Shown: positions 47,088 to 59,222 of the stretch, piece after piece
How positions within the stretch are numbered: position 1 is the stretch's first letter
Layout of the letters: each line of letters begins with the position of its first letter
Assembly: GCA_950097015.1 (NCBI GenBank)
Contig: CATNEN010000014.1
Coordinates: forward strand, 434,001-498,000
Length of the DNA stretch: 64,000 nt
Direction: 5' to 3'
From: Macrostomum hystrix
Lineage: Eukaryota > Animalia > Platyhelminthes
Made by a program: the position numbers and the translations under genes
Notes under the pieces: model-generated
Told to the model about the DNA's origin: nothing
Databases searched by the model: none
The model's input: only the letters and a program-made list of their open reading frames with translations

Positions 47088-47981
47088 GACAGACATTAGG
47101 AATTAAGGACAGCAGAGGGCTCGGAGGCAATGAGGCTGGAGCAGTCTTCTGTAGGCGTGACTGAAACTGCTTCACGAGAACTGAAATAACAATTTGACTG
47201 CCTGGCCGCATGTACTCGCTATGTTTCAATGAAGAAGCAACAAGATGCGTTAATAATAGATGAGCCCCACGGGAGCCTCAGGAAACAAGGCGCCTATGGG
47301 GCAGAGCAGAAAAAAGTTTTCATAAGCGGAGGTTGCATTTAAGCAGTGGGGAATCGGGTTCCTAATTCAGCCGCGGAGTGAGCAGTGTTTGAATTTTCGC
47401 ACGTCAAAAAGTCAAGCCGGGGCCGTCTCTCCTGGAGCATGTCCGTTGTGGAGCAAGTCGGCAGTGAGATGAAAGAGCCGAAACTGATGCGTGGAAGAGT
47501 TTGTCTGGCCCAGTATCGATGGGGTTCAGAATCTGACCAAGAATAGTGCATTCTCTCTTCAGCTACCTTGCCGGTCTTCAGTCTCGCCGGAAAACGCGAG
47601 CTCGCAAATCTTGATCCCAACGAGCCTCGGAATCCCTCAGAACACGCAGAGTGCTCTCGAATGCAGAGCTGTCAGCTTTCAGACCATCAGACTCGCTCAG
47701 CGACTCAGCTAACAGGCACTCCCATAGCAACCCCAAGATCCCATTTGGATTTATATCCAACCATCTATTGCTCAATTCAAATCACTATTCTATTTATTTA
47801 CTATTTTTATACTTTCATTGTCAATTATTATTTCACAGCCATCTCTCTGACTTCTAAGCTTTCTAAAAAGGCTTTTTCCAATGTAGCACGTCCTTCTTTT
47901 TTTATTTGCCTCCTTGCCCACCTGCTGCTACAGAGCTTCGACTCCGTGGAGGACTCTGCGTCGGTTGGCGCCGTCAGCGCG

Positions 47982-50900
47982 ATGGAGCCTGCGATCGCCG
48001 ACGCGGCCTGGAACTCCACCTTTTCCGTAGTCAGCTGCGACGAAGTCGAGGACCATCGTTCAAGCCTGCCTATGACCGCCGTCAATGTCATCAACTCCGT
48101 CATTGGTTCAGGGATCGTTGGTGAGGCTTGAGTTAGGCCTCAGCGTTAGCGTTTGTCTCGATGCACTTTCATGGATGAGCCAGTGAATAAAGACTGCTCA
48201 TTATCCCAAAGCCAAACTGGGCTGTCAGCACTTCGATCTCTCCATGCAGCCTCTGCAGCCTCCTCTGTCAGCACTTCGATCTCTCCATGAAGCCTCTGCA
48301 GCCTCCTCTGTCAGCACTTCGATCTCTCCATGCAGCCTCTGCAGCCTCCTCTTTCCTATGCCCAAAAGAAGAAAATATTGAGTAAAAAGTCTCCCTGGCT
48401 AAGCAGGAGAGGAGTCGTGCTCAAGCCAGGCTGCTCAACTCAGCCCCCTGGTCACTGCAGTGCCACTGAGGACACCCGCTGAGCAGAAAGCCAGAAAGAA
48501 TCGGGATTGCGGGAAGAGCTTTACACGCATAGCAACCCACAGTCTCGCCCCCTCACTGCAGCCTGGCCTCGCACTGGGTCCCGGGCCTTCAAGCCTTCCT
48601 GTGCCTCTTCTCGCCTTCTCTCCAAATCCTTGGTGCGGGTTTGGCAATGTGGAGCTCGGCGGGCCCTCCGCGGTTGCTGCCGTGCGTGAGGACGGGCTGA
48701 GATTGAGCAAATGAAATATCACCCCTACCCAGTTACTTTTCGACGCCTGCGAGTCTCGAGTGTTATATATGTACATGTGCTTCAGTCCATATAGCTACAT
48801 GTATTTGTGACTTTGTTAAGACATTTTTTACCTTCTTTACAAGGTACAGGTGACACTTTAGCGATTGTTATATAATATATTATGCACTCCAGTCTTTTGC
48901 GTCAGGCGTTAGTTTTACTAATGCACAGTTCGTGTCTGGTATTTGTGTCAGGGAGTCAGTGTTAGGTATTTTGTGTCAGCTAATTTTTACCTGGTATTTT
49001 GAGACATCTTATTTGTCTCCTGAAGATAGCGCCAGGTAGTTTATGCCATCTAGTTGGTGTCAGGAAGTTAACATCAGGTTGTTAGTGTCTGGAAGTTAAT
49101 TCCAGGTAGCTCAGACCATCTAGCTAGTGTCAGGTAGTTAATTCCAGGTAGTTCATGCCATCTAATTAGTGTCTGGAAGTTAATTCCAGGTAGCTCATGC
49201 CATCTAATTAGTGTCAGGTAGTTAATTCCAGGTAGTTCATGCCATCTAGCTAGTGTCAGGTAGTTAATTCCAGGTAGTTCATGCCATCTAATTAGTGTCA
49301 GGTAGTTAATTCCAGGTAGTTCATGCCATCTAATTAGTGTCAGGTAGTTAAACCAGGTTGTTCATGCTATCTAGTTAGTGTCAGGTAGTTAATTATAGGT
49401 AGTTCATGCCATCTAATTAGTGTCATGTAGTTAATTCCAGGTAGTCCATGCCATCTAGCTAGTGTCAGGTAGTTAATTCCAGGTAGTGCATGCCATCTAA
49501 ATGGTGTCATATAGATCGAGTCATCTAGTTCTTGTCAGATTCCTCTCTTCAGGCAAGGACCTCTGGTAGTTAGCTTTAGTAGTCCCAGTGTCAGGTAAGC
49601 AGTGTCAGTTGACAAAGCGCAGTCCGTGGAATGCTAGATCGCGCAGCCGTTAGTCCAGGACTCCAGAACTCTTACTTAAACCATCATGCAGGCATTCCGT
49701 ACGCACTGTACTGCTCCGGTTTCGGCCTCGGTCTGTTGCTGCTGGCTACCGTGGCTCTTGTAACAGACTACTCCATCCACCTCATCGTCACGGGCGGAGC
49801 TCTGTCAAACACCCTCACCTATCAGGTAGCAACTTGCCCATGGTCCCACAATGTAGCACAAGAAGACACAACACAACCTAACTTATAAGCAAAAACTTTC
49901 CAGGACATGGCACGCGTTGCACTCGGCAAGCCGGGCCTCCTGACTGTCACTGCAATGCAAGCCATCTATCCTTTCATCTGTGAGTGGCTTTCTCATCTGA
50001 ACGAATTCCATCTGGCCCTATTCAATCCTCCGTAACATGCTCCCTTCCAGCTATGGTCGGCTACAATGTCATGATCGGGGACTCGGTTGCGAAAATAGTG
50101 ATTCGAATTCGAGGACGTGAGTCGGATTTGGACGATCGAAATCTACTACGCCAATTTGAAGTTCACGCAGTGTCTATCTCGTTAACAATATGCAGTGACT
50201 ACTTCACTTGCTAGCTAATAAATTGTCAGTGTTGTATCGTTACGTAACAGTAACAACGTACCAATTGGCTTAGTAAAATGGGTACCAGAATTAGCTGGGA
50301 AAGCAATTTGTCCTTGAGCAAGACTCCAGTTGTCTCCAATCCAACAAGATTTCCAGTTGTTTCAGCTCTCCCAGCAGTAAAACGGGTACCAGAATTATCT
50401 GGGAAAGCAATGTGTCCTTAAACAAGACACTTGATTTCCAGTCGGTTGAGTTCTCCCAGCAGTAAAACGGGTACCAGAATTAGCTGAGAAAGCAATCGGA
50501 GTCTCCCAGATCGTACGCTGATCGTACGGTAAAGGTGTTATAAGCCTGTTCGCTAGCTGCGTTTTTACACCTGGCTCACCTCGGTTGCTAGTAATTTCTA
50601 CATGTCAGAGAGTGTACTTTTGAAATGATATACAATTCTACACCTTTCTCATAATGCAGAATGTAACAAAGTCGACCAACACGCGCCATTACAGCCCAAC
50701 CCAAACTCGAACCCGCAGCCTCTGCGCAGGATTCAATTCTAGCCAACCGGAATTTTATCGTCTTTCTTCTCGCCCTGTTCGTCTGCCTGCCGCTCAGTCT
50801 GTACCGAAACATTTCAAAACTGTCAAAGGTAAGGATCCTGTCTAATCAGTTATATCAGATCCTTAGAGCTCAAAGGTGCTCAGAAGGCTGGTTTAGAATC

Positions 50901-53900
50901 TTTGATTTTCGACGAGAAAACCGGGTGTTTCCGTCTGTCCTTCAAACAAAAAGCGCATTGATACCCAACGTGTCTTTATTGGCTACCCAAATGAAGTTTG
51001 TGAGGAGAGCACGCGCATTGATACCCAACGTGTCTTTATTGGCTACCCAAATGAAGTTTGTGAGGAGAGCACGCGCATTGATACCCAACGTGTCTTTATT
51101 GGCTACCCAATTGAAGTTTGTGAGGAGAGCACGCGCATTGATACCCAACGTGTCTTTATTGGCTACCCAATTGAAGTTTGTGAGGAGAGCACGCGCATTG
51201 ATACCCAACGTGTCTTTATTGGCTACCCAATTGAAGTTTGTGAGGAGAGCACGCGCATTGATACCCAACGTGTCTTTATTGGCTACCCAAATGAAGTTTG
51301 TGAGGAGAGCACGCGCATTGATACCCAACGTGTCTTTATTGGCTACCCAAATGAAGTTTGTGAGGTAGCACGCGCATTGATACCCAACGTGTCTTTATTG
51401 GCTACCCAATTGAAGTTTGTGAGGAGAGCACGCGCATTGATACCCAACGTGTCTTTATTGGCTACCCAATTGAAGTTTGTGAGGAGAGCACGCGCATTGA
51501 TACCCAACGTGTCTTTATTGGCTACCCAATTGAAGTTTGTGAGGAGAGCACGCGCATTGATACCCAACGTGTCTTTATTGGCTACCCAATTGAAGTTTGT
51601 GAGGAGAGCACGCGCATTGATACCCAACGTGTCTTTATTCGCTACCCAAATGAAGTTTGTGAGGTAGCACGCGCATTGATACCCAACGTGTCTTTATTGG
51701 CTACCCAAATGAAGTTTGTGAGGAGAGCACGCGCATTGATACCCAACGTGTCTTTATTGGCTACCCAAATGAAGTTTGTGAGGAGAGCACGCGCATTGAT
51801 ACCCAACGTGTCTTTATTGGCTACCCAATTGAAGTTTGTGAGGAGAGCACGCGCGTTGATACCCAACGTGTCTTTATTGGCTACCCAATTGAAGTTTGTG
51901 AGGAGAGCACGCGCATTGATACCCAACGTGTCTTTATTGGCTTCCCAAATGAAGTTTGTGAGGAGAGCACGCGCATTGATACCCAACGTGTCTTTATTGG
52001 CTACCCAAATGAAGTTTGTGAGGAGAGCACGCGCATTGATACCCAACGTGTCTTTATTGGCTACCCAATTGAAGTTTGTGAGGAGAGCACGCGCGTTGAT
52101 ACCCAACGTGTCTTTATTGGCTACCCAATTGAAGTTTGTGAGGAGAGCACGCGCATTGATACCCAACGTGTCTTTATTGGCTTCCCAAATGAAGTTTGTG
52201 AGGAGAGCACGCGCATTGATACCCAACGTGTCTTTATTGGCTACCCAAATGAAGTTTGTGAGGAGAGCACGCGCATTGATACCCAACGTGTCTTTATTGG
52301 CTACCCAATTGAAGTTTGTGAGGAGAGCACGCGCATTGATACCCAACGTGTCTTTATTGGCTACCCAAATGAAGTTTGTGAGGAGAGCACGCGCATTGAT
52401 ACCCAACGTGTCTTTATTGGCTACCCAATTGAAGTTTGTGAGGAGAGAATTTTTTGTGCAGTTTATCATCGTAACTCTATGTCTCCAGTTCATAAAATCC
52501 TTCGCCAACAAATCAATAAATCAAGAAATTCTTGCAGACCGTCATCCAAATATATTATACCCTTTCGGCACATTTATCGACAGAACTTAAATCTTTTTCC
52601 AAAACAACCGAAGCAGAAACGAAAAAAGGCGCCACAGCGACCACGAGGCGTAATTTTCTGGTGTCTAAGCAGTCAGAGAAATTAAAAGTTATCTAATCAT
52701 TAACTTTGTTACTGATCTCAATGATCTTAGTGAGTTGATGATGTTAGTTAAAACAATCAGTTGTTCAAGCTACCCCTGAGGTCACCATTGCTCTTCGGCT
52801 CCGCTCACGTGCTTCGGCATCTTCTCCAGCTGGGTGTACTCAGCAATGAGGTCAATGGTTCGCATCTCTGCTTCAACAAAATCGGCCTCCGTTATGCCCT
52901 CGTACCAGTGCATGAAAGCGCGTCGCTTGAACATCTTGCTAAAATTCTCTAGCGTGCGGCTCAGGGCTCGAACCACAGCTGTGTGATTGGCAACCAGGGT
53001 CGCGCAGGCCTGGAACCCTGGCGCCGGGATGTCGCACACAGAGCGCATGATGGCATCCGGCACCAGCCCGCTGCTTGCTCCGATGCGATGGTTTGCCTCG
53101 GAGATGGCTGCGTCAACCTGAGACATGCTTAGCCGTCCGCGGAACAAGGCAGCGCAAGTCAAGTAGCGGGCCTGGTTGTCCTCAGGGTCCCAGTCCATCA
53201 AAAAGTTATCTCTACTCAGTAGCTGCTGGATGGAATGAGACAGAATGGGTTGAATTAGCCTTGGAATATTTGTTGTTTTTGCTTTTAAATGGGTACACAG
53301 GGCGCTGATAAGAATGTGAATCAGTGAGAGACATGGTGAACAAAAACTTAGGAGCCCAAAATATTTTCACTGACCTCCATAAGACCGTGCGGGCTAATGT
53401 TGCGGCTCTGCTCGGCAAAGCTGCGGATTAAAGGTGCCTGGCTCAGCGTGAGGAAGTGCAGCCTTGGAAACGGCACGAGATTAGCGGTGACGCCGCGCCA
53501 GTCCATGTTCTGCTGGCCGGGAAACCGTACGCTGGCGGTGGTGCCGGACATTGCGAGTGCGACCACGGAATTCATGAGGTAGTAGTTCGGGCTCGCGACA
53601 CTTCGAGGACCGGAGCCAATGCGGTCAAGCGCCTTGTTGTCGAAGGCGCAGACAACATCCGCACAGTCAACCAGAGCGGGCACGCTCAGCACAGCATTGT
53701 ATGGCTCGACTGTGCTCGAAACCTTTGAGTCGGGCAGCAAGGTCCATGTTGTCACCAGCTTGGTAATGTCGTCTCGCAGCTCATGCAGGAACGCACTGAC
53801 GAGGCCAGAGCCGCTGCCGCCACCAATGGCGTGGATGATCTGCACGGCCTGAAGGGACTCAGTGGATTCGCTCGCCCGGCGAAATTTTTCCATTAGGCTG

Positions 53901-56264
53901 TCAACAACCTCGCGACGGTACACTAGGCCTTGCGAGAAGAGATTGCCTGTGCCAGCCGGGCCACTCACTTGCGGCAGGGCGACGAGCATGGGCAACTGCC
54001 ACGTGTTGTAGTTGGTCGTATCGATGATGTTGCCCGAGTCCACCAGGATGGCACGCGGCACGTGCCGCTTCATTTCTATATTGTTGAAATACACATCAAT
54101 ATACTGCAGTTGCAAGTAGCTGTTGCCGTTGTATACGCCCTGGTGGTCGACTCCATGCTCGGTTCGAATGTAGTCCCAGAACTTTTTGTGTCGGATATTA
54201 GGAAGTAAGATGTTTGCTATTGAGTTTTAACTGCTAAAATAGAATAAACTGCTATTGACGATGATAAAAAGTGATCTAAAAACATATGTTTACTCCCTCT
54301 ATCTTCTAATACGCCAGCTCACCTGATTTCCCAGTTTAATTCCTGCACCACCAACTTGCACTGTGATAATTTCTCTCATAGCTTTACTGAGTGTCGAAAT
54401 TCACCTCTTCTCGGGTTTTCTAAGAGCGTAGCTTTATTTTCTTTGAGAGCTGCGTGATTCACCGTTGCTGTAGTTGTCTATGGCCATTTCTTCGAGAAGG
54501 GAATTCTAGTGTACTTCATAGATACTAAAATAACTTATTTAGTATCTATAATTTAGTTATTTTAGTATCTATGGTGTACTTAGATGTCTTTTTTGAGACC
54601 AGCTCTGATGCAAAGTAAAAAAGTAAAGCACTACGCCCGCTTCGATAACCACTTTGATAGCAGCAGAGCCTGTACTGGTTGTGTGCAAATATCTGCAGCT
54701 CTATTGAAATATTCCTTGATTTCAATTGAACTTCCAGAGAAGTACTGGTTCCAGTGTCTTGGGATTATAAGCAATGCGCCTGTGCGCCAATGCGCCGGCA
54801 GTTTCCGTGCAAAACATGGTTGTTTTGAAGTGGAGTAGAGTGGAGTGGAGTGCAGTGTAGTGGAGTGGAGTGGAGTGTAGTGGAGTGTAGTGGAGTGGAG
54901 TGGAGTAGGATCGTGGCTTGATTGAAGTGGAGCAAATTATGACTAGCATGGGGTTGTGTTTCAACAGGTCCTGAATGTTATCATGCTTCTTGTAATCCTG
55001 GATTCCAGACTTCACTGATGTCAGCAGCCGTCGTGTGCCTCATTATGGTCTCCATGGCAGTCAGAGTTTCTGCGTACGCACCTCTAGCGTATGTTCCAAT
55101 TCAGCATGCAGCGTGCCTATGTTGTTGTGCATTTTTAACGCATATGATTGTATTTAGATATTCTACGGAACTACATTTTATTCACTTAAAGATGATGCAG
55201 CTTGCTTAACTCCTGATTGGGATTTCCAATGGAGGCTATTAAATCGCCTTCCAGAACTCCGGTGGACTTTCAGTGGACCTTTGCTAACGATAGAGTTCCC
55301 CAGGCAGTATGCATCATGGCAGCCGGTGAGTCTGCACTGACATTCTAAGATTTCAGAGAATTCGTCAAAGAAAATGTCGGCTCTTGTTATACTCCGCAGC
55401 CTTCATGTGCCAGCACAGCACCCACCTGTGCTTCCACTCGCTGCAGCGCCGGAGCCTCTCCCGCTGGTCGCTGGTCTCCCACGCGGCAGTCGGCAGCTGC
55501 CTACTGGCCCTGGGCCTATTTGGCAGCCTCGGTTACGCCACCTTCGCATCCGCGATTCGACCCGACGTGTTGGAGAACTACTGCAGCTGGGATGACCTCA
55601 TCAACTTCTCAAGGCTGCTGTTCGCCGCCTCGCTGGTGCTCACCTTCCCCGTGGACTGCTTCGTGGCCAGAGAAGTGGTGGAAAACTTTCTTTATCAGCG
55701 GACCGGCTCCCCTCTCTGGCGTCACGTGACCATCACCAGCACTATCGTCGGATGCGCGCTTGCTGTCTCCATGGCAACGCCCTGCCTCAGCATCGTGCTA
55801 CAGTTAAACGTGAGTGGCTTAGAGGATTCACATGAGGTGGTCAACACGTATTAAGCTACAGCAACTACTTATTTGAGAAGTAAAAAGAGCCAAAATTGAG
55901 TCTGCACCTGTCAGAAAAGCTGTTCCAGAGCTAAAAAGCTGAGGTGGAACAGGAGCGCTTCTTTCGTTCTCCACAGGGTATCCTGACGGCAGCGCCACTG
56001 GCCTTTATCCTTCCGCCGCTGTGTGTGCTGAGACTGCAGGACGACCGCTTCTGTCGTCTGGCCAACCTGCCGCTGCTGGCTACTGCCGCCTTCGGCTGTC
56101 TCACCGCTGCTGCCGGTCTTGTCGCGACAGTTGCCGACTTGTGGAACGGTGTTGGAATCGGCAGCTCCGCCATGGCCTGCTTCAGACACCGTGCTGGTGA
56201 CGCGGCTGCAATCGCGGCCTATTGCTCAACCGCAGGCAACAACAGCATAGGACCCGTCGGCTGA
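47982..56264 (+). CDS. SLC38A11: Amino acid transporter SLC38A11, ~457 aa; exons 47982-48120, 49692-49825, 49904-49979, 50051-50116, 50719-50828, 55009-55088, 55255-55325, 55400-55809, 55977-56264 (5' end and exon-5 acceptor uncertain)
   Basis: NSVIGSGIVGIPYA, TDYSI, YPFI, LPLSLYRNISKL, AFMCQH, ENYC..DDL, LTFPVDCFVAREV and PLAFILP. All GT-AG junctions are phase-consistent (1374 nt). Confidence 0.88.
48222..48350. repeat. 43-bp tandem repeat, 3 copies, in SLC38A11 intron 1
   Basis: CTGTCAGCAC starts at 48222, 48265 and 48308. Confidence 0.9.
49020..49510. repeat. 42-bp degenerate minisatellite in SLC38A11 intron 1
   Basis: GTGTCAGGTAGTTAATTCCAGGTAGTTCATGCCATCTAATTA units. Confidence 0.88.
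50270..50495 (+). mobile_element. Tandemised fragments of a Nin/Deu-domain SINE core
   Basis: GTCCTTGAGCAAGAC...CCCAGCAGTAAAACGGGTACC repeated two to three times. Confidence 0.5.
50950..52447. repeat. 60-bp minisatellite, about 25 copies, in SLC38A11 intron 5
   Basis: Visible array with occasional 59-bp variants; source of the spurious ORFs at 50925-52590. Confidence 0.97.
52782..54379 (-). CDS. Highly divergent beta-tubulin-like protein, ~435 aa; exons 54323-54379, 53375-54181, 52782-53225; nested in SLC38A11 intron 5
   Basis: MREIITVQVG start, VPRAILVD, GGGSGSG, EPYNAVL, RFPGQ, VPFPRLHF, RYLT.AALFRG and FKRRAFMHWY. The first intron follows codon 19, as in many beta-tubulins. Confidence 0.88.
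54830..54908. repeat. (GTGGA/GTGTA)n pentanucleotide repeat
   Basis: Visible. Confidence 0.88.
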
Positions 56265-58902
56265 CAATGTGGCCTGCTCGCAGCTTCCTCGGCATCCGCT
56301 GACGTGCCAATGTCTCGCAGTTGTGCTCGCAGTTCATAGTAGTGGACTTGACATCTGTCGAGTTCATATTGACTGTCAGATTTTGAAAATATTGAACTGC
56401 TTAACCTCTAAAATATTATGGAGATTCGAGGGAGCTGTGATCTCCTTGCGGGCATCACCTTAACACAGGTATATGTGATGTATAGCTATCGCCATAGCTA
56501 TTACTTGACTAAAATGTTGCTCCCTTATCGCAAAATACAGCAAGGTGGATTCAAAATGACAAAGGTCCAGCTTCTTTAAATGTCCTTGTATTTACATTTT
56601 TGCCCGCAATTACAAGTGTTTAATTCTGAATTCATAGGAAAAGAGTCAGGTAATTTTGTAATTATGAATGCAAACTCCACGGTGGTGCAATTATGGAGCA
56701 ATGTGCAAAGGTCTGCAGTTAATTGATATCTGAAAAAATTAGGGCAAATAATTTGTCTTCAAAGGTATGGATATAATGAGGCAGGTCCATTTTTAATATC
56801 GTATAAATCCGAAACCAAATTGCCGCCAAAACAGACATTATTATTCAGTGCTTTTTTAACTGTTCTGTGTTCCCGGCTTTTCCGGATGCGGGGTATAAAT
56901 ATAGTTGCCCGCAGAGGCCAAAAATCAGACGCAAAGTTTTGGCTGCAGGCCACACCCAAATCGTAATAGCAGTGGAATAGATCAGATTGGAATTGAGTTC
57001 TGTGTTGATTATTTCCCAGTGTAATAAAATGGATGTCCTAGCTGGAGCGTGAGGAATTAAAGCTAGCGACTATTCACTTTTCACCGGGGTCGGTGTTCTA
57101 CCAATCGGTTCAATAGCAGCAGGGAAAATCTGAAAATAATTAAATTGCGTTAGAGACTGGGGTAGCGAGCGAAGCGAATAGATAAGCGATGAGACCCGCG
57201 TGTCGTCCTCCGGCCCGGCGAAACTCCCAATGAAAAAAGAATAACACAGTATGAGCACGAAGACTCGAATCATTTGATTGGGAGTGATTTAGTATATTTT
57301 TGTGACTCGCCGACTCCAGATAAGAATAGGAATTGATTTGACTCTCGTTTACTTGCTCAACTTGATTCAAAAGTTACACTGACAGAATGAGGATATTCGC
57401 ACAGAAAGCAATTATAGCGCGCTCTGCACAGTGAAAAGCTATGCAGAGCTATGAAAAACTATGAAAAGCTATATATAACAATTTTATTTAAACTGGCCTA
57501 ATCCACGCCCTACTCTTCCCGAGAGGCTCCGGTTGTCTCTGCTTTCTGCGCTGCCCCGAAAGATCCTATCAGTTGGCACTCCTTCTGCCTGACGGCGGAG
57601 TCGTCTATGGACTGGGGGGACGCCACACCCACCTTCAATTATTATTACTATTATTATTATTATTACCTTCACCTCCGAAGAAAGCACGTACTGACTTCGA
57701 CAACAAGCGCCTATATCTAGACTACCCCCTAGCGACCGCCGTTCTGAGCCCCGGGATTGCTTCTTGCCGAGGGTCGACAGCTATAGTGAGGCCGGGTCGT
57801 TCGCTGATTGGCCGAGACTGTAGCCCAGGGGTAGCGCTCGCGGGGTGGTGGGCGTCCGCTCCCTCGGCTCGTCCGCCCGCCCCGGCTTGGTGTGGGTGAC
57901 TTTTAGCTAAAAAAACAAAAAAATACACAATAAGCACTGAATAATAACACTGGGAGATAGAAGGACAAACAAGCTGACACTACACCAGAGTTAAAGGATG
58001 ATTTGACAAAGTCATATGCTAGAGTCACATTGAATAAAGAAAGGAAGGTTAACAATCATACCGAAGCAAGGGATAAATTCCAGATAAGAAGAAAGGAAAT
58101 TTCAGAGTTAGTTTTTATACGCGTGGAGACTGTGAAATTTTGATCCATTGAAAGTCTGAACGGACTGGTTAGATTGCCAATGGTTAGAGAATTATAATTG
58201 GAGTGTCTTGCCGCTCGGACACAGTCAGTATACGCTACCTGGAGAAAACAAAAAGTAAATTGTTTCAGGCAATTTACTCATGTTACATAAAAATAGTATT
58301 AATTAATATGAGCATTTTGGGCATAGGGAACAAATACGTATACATGCATATGCATATGCATATATTATATATATTAGAAAGAGGTAGTTTATAAAGAAAG
58401 AGGCCTCCCACATAATATCAAACGAAACTTATATCATTAAAGCTTTATGGACCTTTACCTTAATTTAGGAGCCGAGAGAACTTGAGAAATTGAGAAATAA
58501 AACAAAACTTGATGTAACTTGCGAAAACTGATTATTATTAAACAGTCCAATCACTCTGTATCAATAAATTGAAACTTTAATTATAAAAAAAATTGTTGTA
58601 ATTAAAGCTGAGTATTTTTATTACTTAACGTTTCTAATTGATGGGTGGTTTCTAATTTTATAAGCTACTTAAATTTTATAAGCTACTTATAAAAGCTTTT
58701 TTTAGCTTAGCCATTGGCACAGGCCGTTTAGTAAGCACATCATTTTAATTCATGATGTTATGGCTGCATATCTTTTTCATCCCTTGTAAAATAACTTTTG
58801 CGATATTATTTCAATAAGTCACCACAAACTATATTATTCTGTCTACCTACATACTCAGGCGGCGAAGGCGTCTATTCTAAGCTGAAATAGCTGTTTGAAT
58901 GT

Positions 58903-59222
58903 TAATTTTGTTTTGTTTTGTTTTATTACACCTGCCCCAATTGGGTCAGCTGTTCAGCCGACAGCACAGCCGCAGCTATTGCGCGGCGCATCTGAAGGCT
59001 GCATACAGCTGTTCAGTCCATGGACTGGGGGAACGCCACACCCACCTTCAATTATACCAGCTAATGCTGGTAGCCTGGTACCTATTTAACAGCTAGGTCA
59101 ACTGAAGCAATGCAGAGTTAAGTGTCTTGCAAAAGGGCGCAAATTGTTCCAGTGGAGTCGGGAATCGAACCCCTGACCTTCAAGTCGTGAGTCCAAGGCC
59201 CTAACCACTAGGCTACAAACTC
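58903..59222 (-). mobile_element. tRNA-derived SINE with a Nin/Deu-type core and (AAAAC)n tail
   Basis: A box TAGCCTAGTGG, B box GGTTCGATTCC, core GCCCTTTTGCAAGACACTTAAC...GCTGTTAAATAGGTACC and a simple-repeat tail. Confidence 0.75.

Noticed and set aside
50925-52590. ORFs with 20-aa repeats (ALIPNVSLLATQMKFVRRAR)
   Set aside because: 60-bp intronic array; frames are broken by 59-bp variants.
57185-57230. Hammerhead-like GCGATGAG...CGAAAC
   Set aside because: The core deviates from CUGANGA, and stems I-III cannot be formed convincingly.
59150-59222. tRNA gene
   Set aside because: Poor acceptor and anticodon stems, followed by a SINE core and tail; it is a SINE head.
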